Below, piece by piece: positions 12,627 to 24,790 of a stretch of 64,000 bases of DNA. Below the pieces are notes generated by a model. That model searched no databases, was not told the DNA's origin, and worked only from the letters and a program-made list of their open reading frames with translations. Source of the DNA: Carcharhinus longimanus. Lineage: Eukaryota. Position 1 is the first letter of the stretch. The number at the start of each line of letters is the position of its first letter. Made by a program: the position numbers and the translations under genes. Where the stretch lies: contig JASCQW010000130.1 in the NCBI GenBank assembly GCA_030264375.1, positions 36,939,988 to 37,003,987 on the forward strand. Direction: 5' to 3'.

Positions 12627-14374
12627 CTAAGGGAAGAATGCCCACAGGTTACAAAAAATGCAGGAGAAAAACATGGAAGCAATAATGAGTGCCTGTGATG
12701 AGATTCTGTGGGAAGCTGAGGGTAGACAGGGGTTCTGAAGTATGAAGAAATCCTTCTCATCTCTTCTATCACAAAAACTGAAGTTGATAGCAATGCAAAG
12801 CAGATTCTGTCGACATCTGAGTGAGAAAAGTCTGCTTGGCTGTTCGGGTGGTTTTCTCAGACAGATCTTGTGAAAGATACTGGGTTCTGATAGGGGGCCC
12901 CCACTGAAACCTTGATCCGTGTTTCCGCCTCACACTCTGAATGACCTTGAGCACAATTCCAGGACTTCCTGTTTCCATTTCAGATTTGCAGTGGAAGATC
13001 ATAAGAAAATTGACAATTTAAAGAAAAATATCTCAAGTCTTTTGGTCATTCTTTAGTGCATTGTGATTAAATATTCATCAATGTTCTTCAATCATTCAGT
13101 TTCTAAACATTAAAGGAATTTAATTTCCATGGGGAAATCCTTGTTTACAGCAGATGCTAAAACCAACAGTTCCATTAGATTTGATATCAGGAATTTGGTA
13201 CGAGAGCCAAGAAGATGTTTAGTAATGATGTATGTGCCTACACATCATTGCTATGCTTTGTCAGTCTGTGATGGGCTGTGGTATTTACTAATTTAAATGT
13301 ATCAGTGACTTTTAAGGGGCAATTGTTCTGACCTTGCACCTTGTCAAGATATGTCAACCATTGTACACTTGCCTTGTGTCAATTTCTGGCCACTTATAAT
13401 CGTGGAGAAGTGCAGCATCGAAAGTGCTGTTCAGCCAATCAACTCTGGGTTGGCTCTTTCAAAGAGCAACCTATTTTTTCCCAGACTCCTCCTCTCCACA
13501 AATAATTGTCAATTTTCTCAGATTTATTCTTTTCACTAAAATTTTTCTCCATCAAATATTTATCTAATTGTCTTTTTGGAAGTTACTATTGAATTTGAAT
13601 CAGTGTCTGGAAAACTTTAATCGCAGGTTTTCTGATTTTGCTCTGAATGAGCAAGGCACCCTGCTGGGAGTGTACAGCTGGAAAATGATGCCATTATGGC
13701 CAAAATTGGAAATTTCAGCAAGTCCAGAGGGAGATGTTAGCAGTAAGGGCATTGGTGACACCTTAATCATTTGACCACATGTAAACATGAAGGAGGCCCC
13801 ACAAACCCAACCAAATTTCCCACTGAACAAATGCTGACATCAGCAGCTCCCAAAGGACAGGCAAGAGATGGATGGTGGTTGGCATCAGCAGGGTAGCACG
13901 ACAAGCCCCCAATACATGGATAATGGGAATGGGCCAAATACTGGGCCCCTCTTTCCTCCTCTATTAAAGGCCTCATTTCTTTCAGTGAAAATTTGAAGCA
14001 TTGTTCAGGCCTCTTCAGCAACTCTTTTGGCCTACACCACCAGATGTCCCACATCTTCAGTGGTAACAGGTTTTCTCGGTGTCAGAAATCCCACCAGGAG
14101 CTTACTCCCCATCTCTCCCTGGCATACTTAATGAAGACAAGGAGGAAAACCAGGATCTGGGCTCATGTAGGTTGCAGCAAGAGGTCTCCCCCCAAAACCT
14201 TTAGGTCAGTCCACACATTGGCTAAATGGTATCTTTTTTGAAGGACTAATGATTATACATAACAGCACAGGTGGTTTAGTAAGCGAAAATCTGAATTCTA
14301 TTCCAGAATTCAGTGATAGCGAATATCTCACACATATTTTAGCAGATGAAATTAGATTCTGTTCAGTTACTTAC

Positions 14375-14401
14375 TCTATCCCCTTGTATTCCTTGGGGAC
14401 C
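14375..14401 (-). CDS. COL7A1: Collagen Gly-X-Y exon (27 nt)
   Basis: ttgtAG|GPQGIQGDR|GTAAGT. Confidence 0.9.
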
Positions 14402-14897
14402 CTACAACACAAGAAAAATAATGCAACATCTTGTTAGCTCATTCCAAGATAGCTCCTCTGGATCTGTGTTTGTAACCATCTTTAAGAGGGATAATAATTG
14501 ATTGTTGACAAAGTTTCAAGTTGATGATTCAATCAAGCACATGTTTAAACTGAGCTGTGAGATATTGTGTGGAATTCTCTGGTGCTGCACACCCCACTAC
14601 TGCTGCCAGTGAGAACAGAGAATTGGACACTCAGCCAAATCTCCATTCACAGCAGGAGGACTGGATAACCCCTGCTGGGGGTGAGGTGGGAGAATTCTGG
14701 TCATTATCAAACAGTCATGCAGTCATTCCAGATTAATTTGCTAACCTGCTCTTCTGTTGATTACATTAACTCATTTATTTTAAATGGTTAACATCACTGT
14801 ATCAAAACCGTTTGGCTTGATTTCACATCAATAGACTCTGACGAACAAAGAAGTGTCCACACCATGGAGTTCTACTTCAATAACTGGACTCTTACAG

Positions 14898-15306
14898 TTG
14901 AATTCAACCCAGTTTTAACCAGATTCGGCTCAGTTCTAAACAATTCTATTATCATTGAATGAATTTGATGTTCCCTTTCAAGGCCTTCAATGCTCTTCAT
15001 TCAACATCAGGAACAAAAATGAGGTGTTTCTTTGCTTGGAAAGGGGTAAATAGATGGACTCAGACACATGTAACTAGTTCTCCACAAAATGGCTCTCTGG
15101 CAATAGCTCAGTGTTTTATTAATTTTATTATAAGGTGAAAGATTTATCCTTGGTTAAAACTTCCTATTCTAAATGGAAAGTTACTTAAAAAATACAAAAA
15201 CCATTTTGTGGAGAAGTGTTTAATAACAGGGAACATCAAATTCATTCAATGATAATAGAATTGTTTAGAACTGAGCCGAATCTGTTTAAAGATGAATTGA
15301 ATTCAA
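14898..15306. repeat. Foldback inverted repeat, ~79-bp arms with a nested 15-bp inner inverted repeat
   Basis: 14898-14976 is the reverse complement of 15228-15306 (perfect over ~57 bp: cagattcggctcagttctaaacaattctattatcattgaatgaatttgatgttccct); ttctccacaaaatgg (15078-15092) pairs with ccattttgtggagaa (15201-15215). Confidence 0.9.
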
Positions 15307-16664
15307 AGTCCAAAACAAAAACTCCTGTGGGGGGGCTAGAAAAATGAATAATGTATGAGCACAAAAACATTAAGACCTAATGTCATAATCATTATATAAT
15401 CTGCTTTATTATGAGTCAGGCAGCCAGTTTAATATCCTGAACAAAGGGTTCTGCCTAATTTTTCCCAGACTCTGGAATCCCTATCCACGTCCCACTTGTG
15501 GCAAACATAGGGGTGTAAGTCAGAGGAGTGGGCAGTGCACATGTCCATCCATTCCAAATATGGAACTCGAGTCTCAGCTTCATTTAACTGACAAGTTGCT
15601 GATCGTCCGTAACCAATTGCAGCAATTTGGGCCAGTAGCGGTTCTCCACAAGATCTTGTGAGGAAAGGGGGCAATGCAGAGAGGGTGATCCTGTTGGTGA
15701 TGTGCTGGGGGCGGAATTGCATTGCCATGGTGGGCGCATATGAAAGGCAAGCCCAGACTGACAGTGGCCCTCAGATAGGTGAAGGCTGTGTGGGGTTGGG
15801 AGTGCTGAGAATAGCTGATGCTAAGAGGGTGAATATAGGCCGAAAGAGCCCTCAGATGTCTCATGGAGCCAGGGGGTGCTCTCCGCCTTGGCAACCCACA
15901 AAATTTTCCCAAGTTTTTGGGCTATTTTTCCAGTGGTTTTCACCTTTAAGATTCCTTTAAGGAATCCCTTTAAGGAGGTTAATTCATTCTTGACTGCAAT
16001 TACCAGCAGGTGAATGTGGAGTGCATGTTGCGCCCAGTTACTATCCAACTCTGCCTTGATTCTCCAAAGAGTTTGGCAGCCTGATTTGCATCAGCAAATC
16101 AGCCTATTTTGGGCTGGAGGCTCTAGTCACTAATATAAGTCGAGGGCACTTCTGGGGCTAATTGATTACAGGAGATCACCACACTATTTTGGATCCTGTT
16201 AGAATGCCTGAAAATAGATGCACTCATGTTCAATTTATTACCCACTCACCACCCTCTGCACTATCATTGATCCACTGGCGGTAATTTTCCCATCATGGGA
16301 AACACGGCGTGTGGGAGGGCAGACCTTGCAAAGGTCTGTTGAACTCAGGTGAGATTTTCCAATTTTTGGATGAGCTAGAAAATCCCACCCACTATCTGTA
16401 CCTTAAGCCCAGCTACTTGGGGATTATCCTATTCCCCACATATAGAATCTTCCTTTTCTCCACTTATCCTCACCGCCCTCAATCCTGTGTTTAACCAAAT
16501 ATCCATCCAACTCCATTTTTAAATGTTGTTTATCAATGTAATGTCAACAGTGTTTATTTTCCGTCTCATTTCCCAATATCTGGATTCAATCCTTGAAAGT
16601 CCAGCCTTACCGTAAAGAATGGGAAAGAAGGAGAAATGGTTCGTGATTGACTTGAATTCCTTAC

Positions 16665-16745
16665 CCTTGGTCCAGTTGAACCAGGTGTGCCTGTGCGTCC
16701 TGGCCGGCCTGGGAGGCCTGGAATTCCATCTTTTCCTGGTAGGCC
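16665..16745 (-). CDS. COL7A1: Collagen Gly-X-Y exon (81 nt)
   Basis: atgcAG|GLPGKDGIPGLPGRPGRTGTPGSTGPR|GTAAGG. Confidence 0.95.
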
Positions 16746-16901
16746 CTGCATGGATACAAAACTGCTCAATCTTCGCAAATGATTTCCAACCATCCAAAAT
16801 GAAATTTCGTAATATGCAGGACTGAATATGGAATCTCGATTTCTCAAAAATACAGTTAATGAGCTGCCTGCCTCTCGTTATTTCACCACAGCTTCTTGTT
16901 A

Positions 16902-17195
16902 AAAGTTTATTTATTAGTCATGAGTGAGCTTACGTTAACACTGCAATGAAGTTACTGTGAAAGTCCCCTAGTCGCCACACTCCGGCGCCTGTTTGGGTAC
17001 ACTAAGGGAGAATTTAGCATAGCCAATGCACCTTACTAGCATGTCTTTCGGATTATGGGAGGGAACTGGAGCGCCAGGAAGGAACCCACGCAGACACAGG
17101 GAGAACATGCAGATTCCACACAGACAGTGATCCAAGTGGGGAATTGAACCCAGGTGCCTGGTGCTGTGAGACAGCTGTGCTAACCACTGTGCCGG
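16902..17195 (-). mobile_element. V-SINE (HE1-like), alternative tail type
   Basis: tRNA-like head and V-domain; tail gactaggggactttcacagtaacttcattgcagtgttaa...aataaataaacttt. A second partial head follows at ~17235-17320. Confidence 0.8.
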
Positions 17196-17749
17196 TTGAT
17201 GGGCAAGTGGAGCTGAAACCCAAGATCAGCCAAGACCATACTGAGTGACCCGAGAGTGGAATTGAACCTGGGTCTCTGGCGTGGTGAGGCAGCTGCGCTA
17301 ACCACTGTGCCACAGTGTCTCCCCAAATCTAAAAGACCATTATCTTGCATAGTGCAGCATTCCCTCAGTACTGCTTCTGTGCTGAGCGAGACTTGAGCTG
17401 ACTATTGTATTAACATTGTATCAATTCAAATGAATATTGTATCAATTCAATTCAATTCAATTAGAGGCGGGAATGTTACTCATCAGTCATGGTTGGCTGG
17501 CATCAAGCAGGAAAATCCTGCACATTAATGCGGCTACAATATCCATTTTCTAAATGATTATAATATGGTGTAAAATATAGAAAGTCTGCCGCAGTGGCTT
17601 GTTTTACAGAACCAATAAACAAACTTCATAATCAGATTTGTAAGACATAATGAACCGACTTCACATTGATATAGAATGGTTGGCCCTTTTATTAATCTAC
17701 AATATAACATAGAGTCCCTCTCACTGACCCACTTCATGACCCCTACTTA

Positions 17750-18025
17750 TGGGTGGCATGATAGCACAGTGTTTAGCACTTCTGCTTCACAATGTCAGGG
17801 ACCTGGGTTCAATTCCTGGCTTGGGTCACTCTATGTGTGGAGTTTGCATGTTCTCCCCATGTCTGTGCAGGTTCCCTCCGGGTGCTCCGGTTTTCTCCCA
17901 CATTCTGAAAGATGTGCTGATTAGGTGAATTGACCTGAACAGGCATCAGACTGTGGCGACTAGGGGAATTTCACAGTAACTTCATTGCAGTGTTAATGTA
18001 AGCCTTACTTGTGACTAATAAATAA
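17750..18025 (+). mobile_element. V-SINE (HE1-like), alternative tail type
   Basis: gcacagtgtttagcact...gggttcaattcctgg...tgtggagtttgcatgttctcccc...ttcacagtaacttcattgcagtgttaatg. Confidence 0.8.
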
Positions 18026-18440
18026 NNNNNNNNNNNNNNNNNNNNNNNNNNNNNNNNNNNNNNNNNNNNNNNNNNNNNNNNNNNNNNNNNNNNNNNNNNN
18101 NNNNNNNNNNNNNNNNNNNNNNNNNGGTAATGGCTGATCGATACCTGACTCTCTGTAGTTGTTTAACTCTTTATGTCTCTTTGCCTAATAAAAATTTATC
18201 AATCTCAGTTTGAAATTTCTAATTAACCAGCCGGCCTCAGTAACTTTTTGGGGAATGAAAGTCTCAGATTTAGTGAAAAGCTTGTGATACGAACCCTGAA
18301 TATTAAGGGAACAACGTGAGACATTTCTAAATCTTCACATTCTGGAATTGAATGAGTTAAAAATAATACAACAAATTTCAATTTCAGCAGAGTGGAGAAT
18401 ACTTGCCCTGAACATTTGATGTGGGCAAATCAGAAACAAG

Positions 18441-18650
18441 GGCCAGAATTCTCTGGCCATTCAGGCCAGCGGGATTCTCCAGTCCCGCCAGCAGCGCACC
18501 CCCTGCCTGCGGGTTTCACGGTGATGTGGAGTGACATCAACAGGAAATCCCATTGACAGTGGGGGGGGCGCCAGAGAATCCCGCCGCTAGGGAATAACAA
18601 CCTTCCACCGTCGGGAAACACACGGCTGGGGGACTGGAGAATCTCACCCA
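18441..18650. mobile_element. Short TIR element (GGGC..AATTCTC family)
   Basis: Ends gggccagaattctct ... ggagaatctcaccc; internal inverted blocks gcgggattctcc / gagaatcccgc. Confidence 0.6.
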
Positions 18651-20015
18651 TGTTCTTTGTTTTCTTCACCGCAATGTGGTTGACAGTTAAATGCCTTCTG
18701 AAAAGGCTTAGCCAGCTATTCAGTTCAAGGGCAATTAGGGATCGGCAGTAAGTTCTTGCTCTCCCAGAGACATCCTATGAAAGAATTTAAACAAAAATCA
18801 CAGAGGAAACCATCCCCCGAAATTCTAGTGTGTGGAGGATGAATCAATTAGGCTGCATCATTGGAGATTGGAGGCACTGGCCACAGTACTGATGGAAATG
18901 GGTCTAGATTTTCAGAGTCGGGTTGAATTACAGCCCTATAAAAATGGCAATTTCAGGATTCCCAACCCCATTCCCGGTCTATCTAATTTTCCAAAGTATC
19001 TTTAAAGGGTATGGGCTGCTCCCTGTCAGAAGCCTGCACCCATCACTCCCAACCTGTCTGGCTTCAGTACAGAAATAAGTACCACCTATTTACACATTTT
19101 TAGGGCACTGGCCAGTTTTTTTTTTAAAGAGTCACGATTCATAATCCTTGGGAGTAATTGCATGAGGTAACCTTTCAATAGGCAAGTTCAAACGGTTCAT
19201 GCTCATGCCCCCAATGCCAAGTTCTGCCCTTCCACCCACATCCTCAGGCATTTTGAGCCCATGCCAAGCTTGGCACTTCTATGTCCATTGACTCACTGCA
19301 TACTTTTCTAGAACCAATGAACACTGTGGTGTAAAGTTGTATTTGTAAAATAAAAGCTTTTAATAACCTATGTTCTAATCAATTGATGGCTTTCTCCAAT
19401 GGCAAAGTCTGGACAGCAAGCTAATGAAAGTTATTAGTTATCAAGTTATTACTGAGGCCTTTTGAAGTTTCAAAAACCACAAACACTTGAAACCACTTGA
19501 CATGCATTAACAAATATTATGAAATTGATTGCAGAGATCACAGAACCTGAGCTGTCAGTGAAACAGTGTTTCCTCTGGGGAGCAGGTGTCCTGTTATTCT
19601 AATAGATGTCTGGGCTTGCCTGAGACCCCAGATATCTATTTGAATAATAGAAGGAAGTGACATAGGGGGTTATTTGAAGGTCAGAGCTTGGCGTAGGGGA
19701 CATATCAGGTAGGTGAGGCATGGGGAGTGTTTGGAAGATGAAGAAGTTGTGACAGCTGGAGGGCTTTTGTTTTTTGTGAATGGAGACAAAATCCTATGGC
19801 ACGTTTAAACAGTCCACCTCTGCATCCAGCAACCCTTGTGGTTTGCTCCATACTTTTTCCTTGGTTGGTTAGTCTGATTCCAGCTTGTACTCAGCCCCCA
19901 GCCATGAAGATCCCACCTTGGCATGCACTTTTTCCTAGGGTGGGCAGTCCAAAAATGGCAATTTTCCTGAATTCTCCTCCCCACCTCGCGGAGGAAAATC
20001 CAGGTTGATATTTGG

Positions 20016-20035
20016 GAGAGAGAGAGAGAGAGAGA
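20016..20035. repeat. (GA)n microsatellite
   Basis: About 10 GA units. Confidence 0.9.
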
Positions 20036-20824
20036 CAAGGTGGCAGCTGAAGACAATCTGACTTTGATGTGTAAAGGGGATGGAACAGCCACTGCAGACA
20101 TGGGCAATGTAATACCACACTCTCTGCACCATGACAGTTGAAGGTTATAATCTAATGCCTTGCTGCCATCAAGTTACTGAGTTCTGATGAACTCTGTGAT
20201 AGCTCCAGCTTATGTAAACAGAACAAGCAGAATGATTTATGGAAGGTAAGAGCTTATTTGCTCTCATCCATCAGGAAGAAAGAAATTGCATTAAAATAGC
20301 GCCATTCATAACCACAAGTCACCCAAAAGCATTTGCACTCTGAATTCCTGTCCATTTGATAATAGGCAGGAATTTGGCATTAGGAAGCACTTCACAGTTT
20401 GTGTTCCCAGCATGCACCAGGAGTTGGTGTTTCTGGTTTTTAATCAGCTCAGTGTATGTAAAGGAACCAGTTCAGATAAAGAACATCCTTTGTGTGTTTT
20501 ATTTAATTCACGAACACACCGGAAAGTTAGATTGCACCCAAGCACACCAGAAAGTTAGATTGCACTTAAGCACACTGCTCAGTGATGTCGCTGGGATATC
20601 ACCATGAGATAACTCATGTTCAATCTGTTCCTCCATTGAAATAAATACTTCATGCTAAGGGTGCCACACTCGCAAAAAGAATCAGGATCTGTCTGGGAAC
20701 ATAGTTTTGCAATACTGACTAGATATGTCAATTATATCATACACCACAGAAGGAGGCCATTTGGNNNNNNNNNCAATTGGCCCATCTTTAGTAGAACTAT
20801 CTGACTGGTTCCACTCCCCTGCTG

Positions 20825-21130
20825 TTTCATAGAAACCGTAGAATCCCTACAGTGCAGAAGGAGGCCATTTGGCCCATCGAGCCTGAATCAACAACAGTCC
20901 CACACAGGCCCCACATATTTACCCAGTTAGTCCCCCTGACACTAAGGGCAATTTAACATGGCCAATCAACCTAACCCACGCATCTTTGGAGTATGGGAGG
21001 AAACCGGAGCCCAAGCAGACACGAGGAGAATGTTCAAAATCCACACAGACAGTGATCCAAGGCCGGAATTGAACCCAGGTCCCCGGCACTATGAGGCAGC
21101 AGCACTAACCACTGTGCTACCATGCTGCCC
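20825..21130 (-). mobile_element. V-SINE (HE1-like)
   Basis: tRNA-like head, V-domain and ...cactgtagggattctacg tail on the reverse complement. Confidence 0.8.
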
Positions 21131-21536
21131 TTTAACCCTGTTCAAGTGTTTATCCAATTCCTTTTTGAAAGTTGCCATTGAATTTTCTTCCACCACTTTT
21201 TCAGGCAGTGCATTCCAGACCAACTTGCATTGTAAAAAAAAAATCATCTCCCCACAGATCTGTTAAGTACCTTCAATCTGTGTTCTCCACTACTGACCCT
21301 CCTGCCCCCAGAAACCAGTTTCTTACTTGTTCCATTGCAACCCAACCTGGTTTTGAACACTTCCATTAAACCCTGTCTAAGGAGAACTAGGCGGATTTCT
21401 CCAGTGTCTCCACTGGACTGAAGTCTTTCATTCCTTGTATCTGGGTTACTTGCGTCTGCCCAGATTTGGGAATGCAGCCTTGCTTTTCAAATGCGCTCAG
21501 TGGCAGAATGAAAAGTGAACAAATGGTGATCATTAC

Positions 21537-21620
21537 CCTTTCTCCTTTCTCTCCCTTCTCAGCGAATGCAAATGAATCGTATCCTCCGCTTGTGTGTAAA
21601 CCCGTGAAACCTTGCTGGGC
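21537..21620 (-). CDS. COL7A1: Collagen exon containing a helix interruption (84 nt)
   Basis: tttttcAG|AQQGFTGLHTSGGYDSFAFAEKGEKGER|GTAAT; phase 0-0. Confidence 0.88.
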
Positions 21621-22357
21621 CTGAAAAACAACAGTGCAGCTTATTAATAATAGTGTTCTATCCACCCACTGTTACCACTGGTTATAGTTCTACCAAACAA
21701 AGGACATCAGACGATACGATTCATTCAACAGTAAATCAGATAGCTATATCGTTGTGGACTCAGTCATCACTTTAGCTCCACTGGCTAAATGTATCGATGC
21801 TCTGGAACTGAGATGTACAGATAGGATCCCTGTTTGGTGCTGATTCCATCAAGGAAACCCTGGGACTATTATTGGCCTCAGAGGCAATATAGCTATTGAG
21901 GGACTGGGAACAGGAGCAGGCTCCTGTTTCTGTTCATTACCCAATGTAGCCTACTGGAATGTGTCGAGATGGCGGGAGAGAGCATGACTGGGCTTGGTTG
22001 TGATGCCTCTCCAGCCAAATTGCCTTCCAAGGCAGATCACTCATGCAGGTACCAAAGGGCAGTTAGTGCACCCAGAACTATATTCTAACATGAAAATGGA
22101 AATAGAAAAATAAATAAAACAGTTGCAATGATCAACCACAAATAATTTTTCTTAAAAACCCAAAACTCAGGTGTGATTTGAAGACATATTAATTCCTCAG
22201 AGTTCAATGGCAGTTACAGAGAACGGCGACTGATTTTCTCAATGAGATGAGTGCCTTCCAAGATGACAAACTGATTAATCATTCCTTCTACTTTCATTGA
22301 CTTTTGTCCATTTGCTAAAAACAATGCTTCTTACCCACAGATTACAGTGACACTCAC

Positions 22358-22384
22358 CGGATTTCCTGGCGGTCCCACTTCACC
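22358..22384 (-). CDS. COL7A1: Collagen Gly-X-Y exon (27 nt)
   Basis: ttccAG|GEVGPPGNP|GTGAGT. Confidence 0.88.
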
Positions 22385-23559
22385 CTGGAATTAAGAGTCA
22401 AAGACTTTAGAGAGACTGTCCTTTGTTAGTTGTCCGACTTTGTTGGAGATGGTCCATGCTGATGAATCCATAAAACTCTGGTTCAGCTGCTGTACAAACC
22501 AGGTGCAGCACAAAACACTTAACCCCAAGTTCAGAGCACCCTCATTCTCAACCACGTTCCTGTTTCCCACTATACTGATAAAGTTTCCAAAGTATTGTCA
22601 AGTTTTGTGTTATGAATCCATTGCCAGAAGGAACTGAATCAAAACTCATTTACCTCAGCAGATTAATTGAGTTGGAAATATATCGCTGTTCCTTCGCAGT
22701 CACTGGGTCAAAATCTTAGCATTCCCTCTCTAACGGCATTGTGGGTCAACCCACAGCACATGGACAGCAACATTTCAAGAAGACGGGTCACCACCACCTT
22801 CTCAAGGGCAACAATGGATGGGCAATAAATGCTGACCAGCCAGCAATGCCCATATCCCATGAATGAATTAAAAATAGAGAAAAATGTTCACTATATTATA
22901 GAAGCTCTCAGAGGTGAAAGTGTCCCAACCTTTAGTGCTGCACTTCTGATATTCTTTGGTTACAGTGCAATCTGTGGATTTTATTTACATTTTAAAGCAC
23001 AATTTATTGTGTGTGTAATGGACTGGGTTCAAAAGGGGGCAGGTGAATTTATAAAGGATGATGACTGTGGAACAGACTTGTCAGTGAAACTGGTCAGTAC
23101 ATGAGGAAACTCAAAAGGGTGTGAGATGGTTTTCTGGGAAGATGATCCCGTGGGATATAAAAGAGAGTACAGTATAGGATTTTATAATTTAGCAACAGTG
23201 GCCTTCTCTGGTCATATTTTCTTCCATTGAATATGTNNNNNNNNNNNNNNNNNNNNNNNNNNNNNNNNNNNNNNNNNNNNNNNNNNNNNNNNNNNNNNNN
23301 NNNNNNNNNNNNNNNNNNNNNNNNNNNNNNNNNNNNTCTGGCACCAACTAGTGCCCTTATGGTGCGCAAAAGTCTTGATGGATTAATGAGGAACTATTTT
23401 ATCCAACGATTCCAGGGAATGCATTCACAAACAATCTGTTCCTAATAATGTCATTCTTTCCTTCCCCTCTACAGCCAACTGCTTTTTGGCTGCAGGGTTT
23501 TGAAACCTATGTACTGCAGGGCTGAGGTGTTTAGAACCCCAGCAGCCAAGGGCTCAAAA

Positions 23560-24790
23560 TTAAATAGTGTGGTTGGAGGCAGGAACTAAGTTTGGGAAAA
23601 TTTGATAAATTAACCAGAGAATACAAGATAAGAGATCAAAGTAGCAATAAGGAAAATGACGAGCAGGGCAGGAAGGGATAACATGTTCAAACTTGAGTGC
23701 AGCAGCAGATAAGGTTAGATGTTACAAATATAGTAAAAAGACAATTTAAGGCACTATGTCTGAAAACATGCAGCTTTTGTAACAAAACAAATGAATTGAC
23801 AGTTTTCAGAAGGCATTTGACATGGTTAAGAGCAAATGTCTTTGGGTAACATATTACATGAATAGAAGATCCTTTAGCTAACAGGAAACAGAAGCTAGGT
23901 ATAAACCAATCATATCGGAGTTGGCATGATGTGACGAGGAGTGTGACACAGGGTTCAGTGCTTGGACTGCACCTTTTTACAATTTATTCAATGACTTGTA
24001 AGAAGGGACCAAGTGATGATTGCTAAATTTGCTGATGACACAAAGCTAGTTAAGAAAAAGTGAGATGTGAAGAGGACCTAAAAAGTCTGCAAAAGGGATA
24101 CAGATAAGTTAAAAATTTGGCAGATAGAAATTTGAACTTGTCCACTTTGGCAAGAATAGAAATCCAGTATATTATTTAAATGAAGAAGATGGCAGAATAC
24201 TGCAATAAAGGAGAATCTGGGCATCTTTGTGCATGATTCACACGAATTTAGTATGTAGGGTACAGCAAGTAATTAGGAATGCAAATGAAATGTTTATTGC
24301 AAGGGGAATGGAATATAAAGTTGGGATGGTTTGCTACAGTTGGTGAGACCACATATGGAGTACTGTGTACAGTTCTGGTCTCCTTGTTTAAGAAAGGATA
24401 GAAGCTGTGCAGAGACAGTTCACTCAACTGATACCTTGGCTGAAGGGGTGAAGGTCGGACAGGCTGGTCCTGTATCCACTGAAGTTTAGAAGATAGAGAG
24501 ATGATCTCCCTATGGGATAGACTAGAAATAGGGGACACGGTTTAAAAATAAAGGATTTCCCTTTTAAAATGGAGATGTGGAGAATATGGTTTCTCTTAGA
24601 AGGCCTTCCCCAGAGACCTATGGAGGCAGGGTTGAGGAATATTTTTAAAAGCACAGGTGGGTAGATTCTTGACTAACAAATCTAAGGTTACCAGGGATAG
24701 GCGGGAATGTGAAGTTTGAGGCCACAAACAAATCAGCCACTGTCTTATTGAACAGCTTGAGGGGCCGATTGGCCCACTCCTACTGCTAAT
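23560..24790 (+). mobile_element. Old, degraded CR1-like LINE
   Basis: Broken RT motifs (QGSVLG, AKFADDTK) followed by a CR1-type 3' tail; many stops and frameshifts. Confidence 0.65.
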
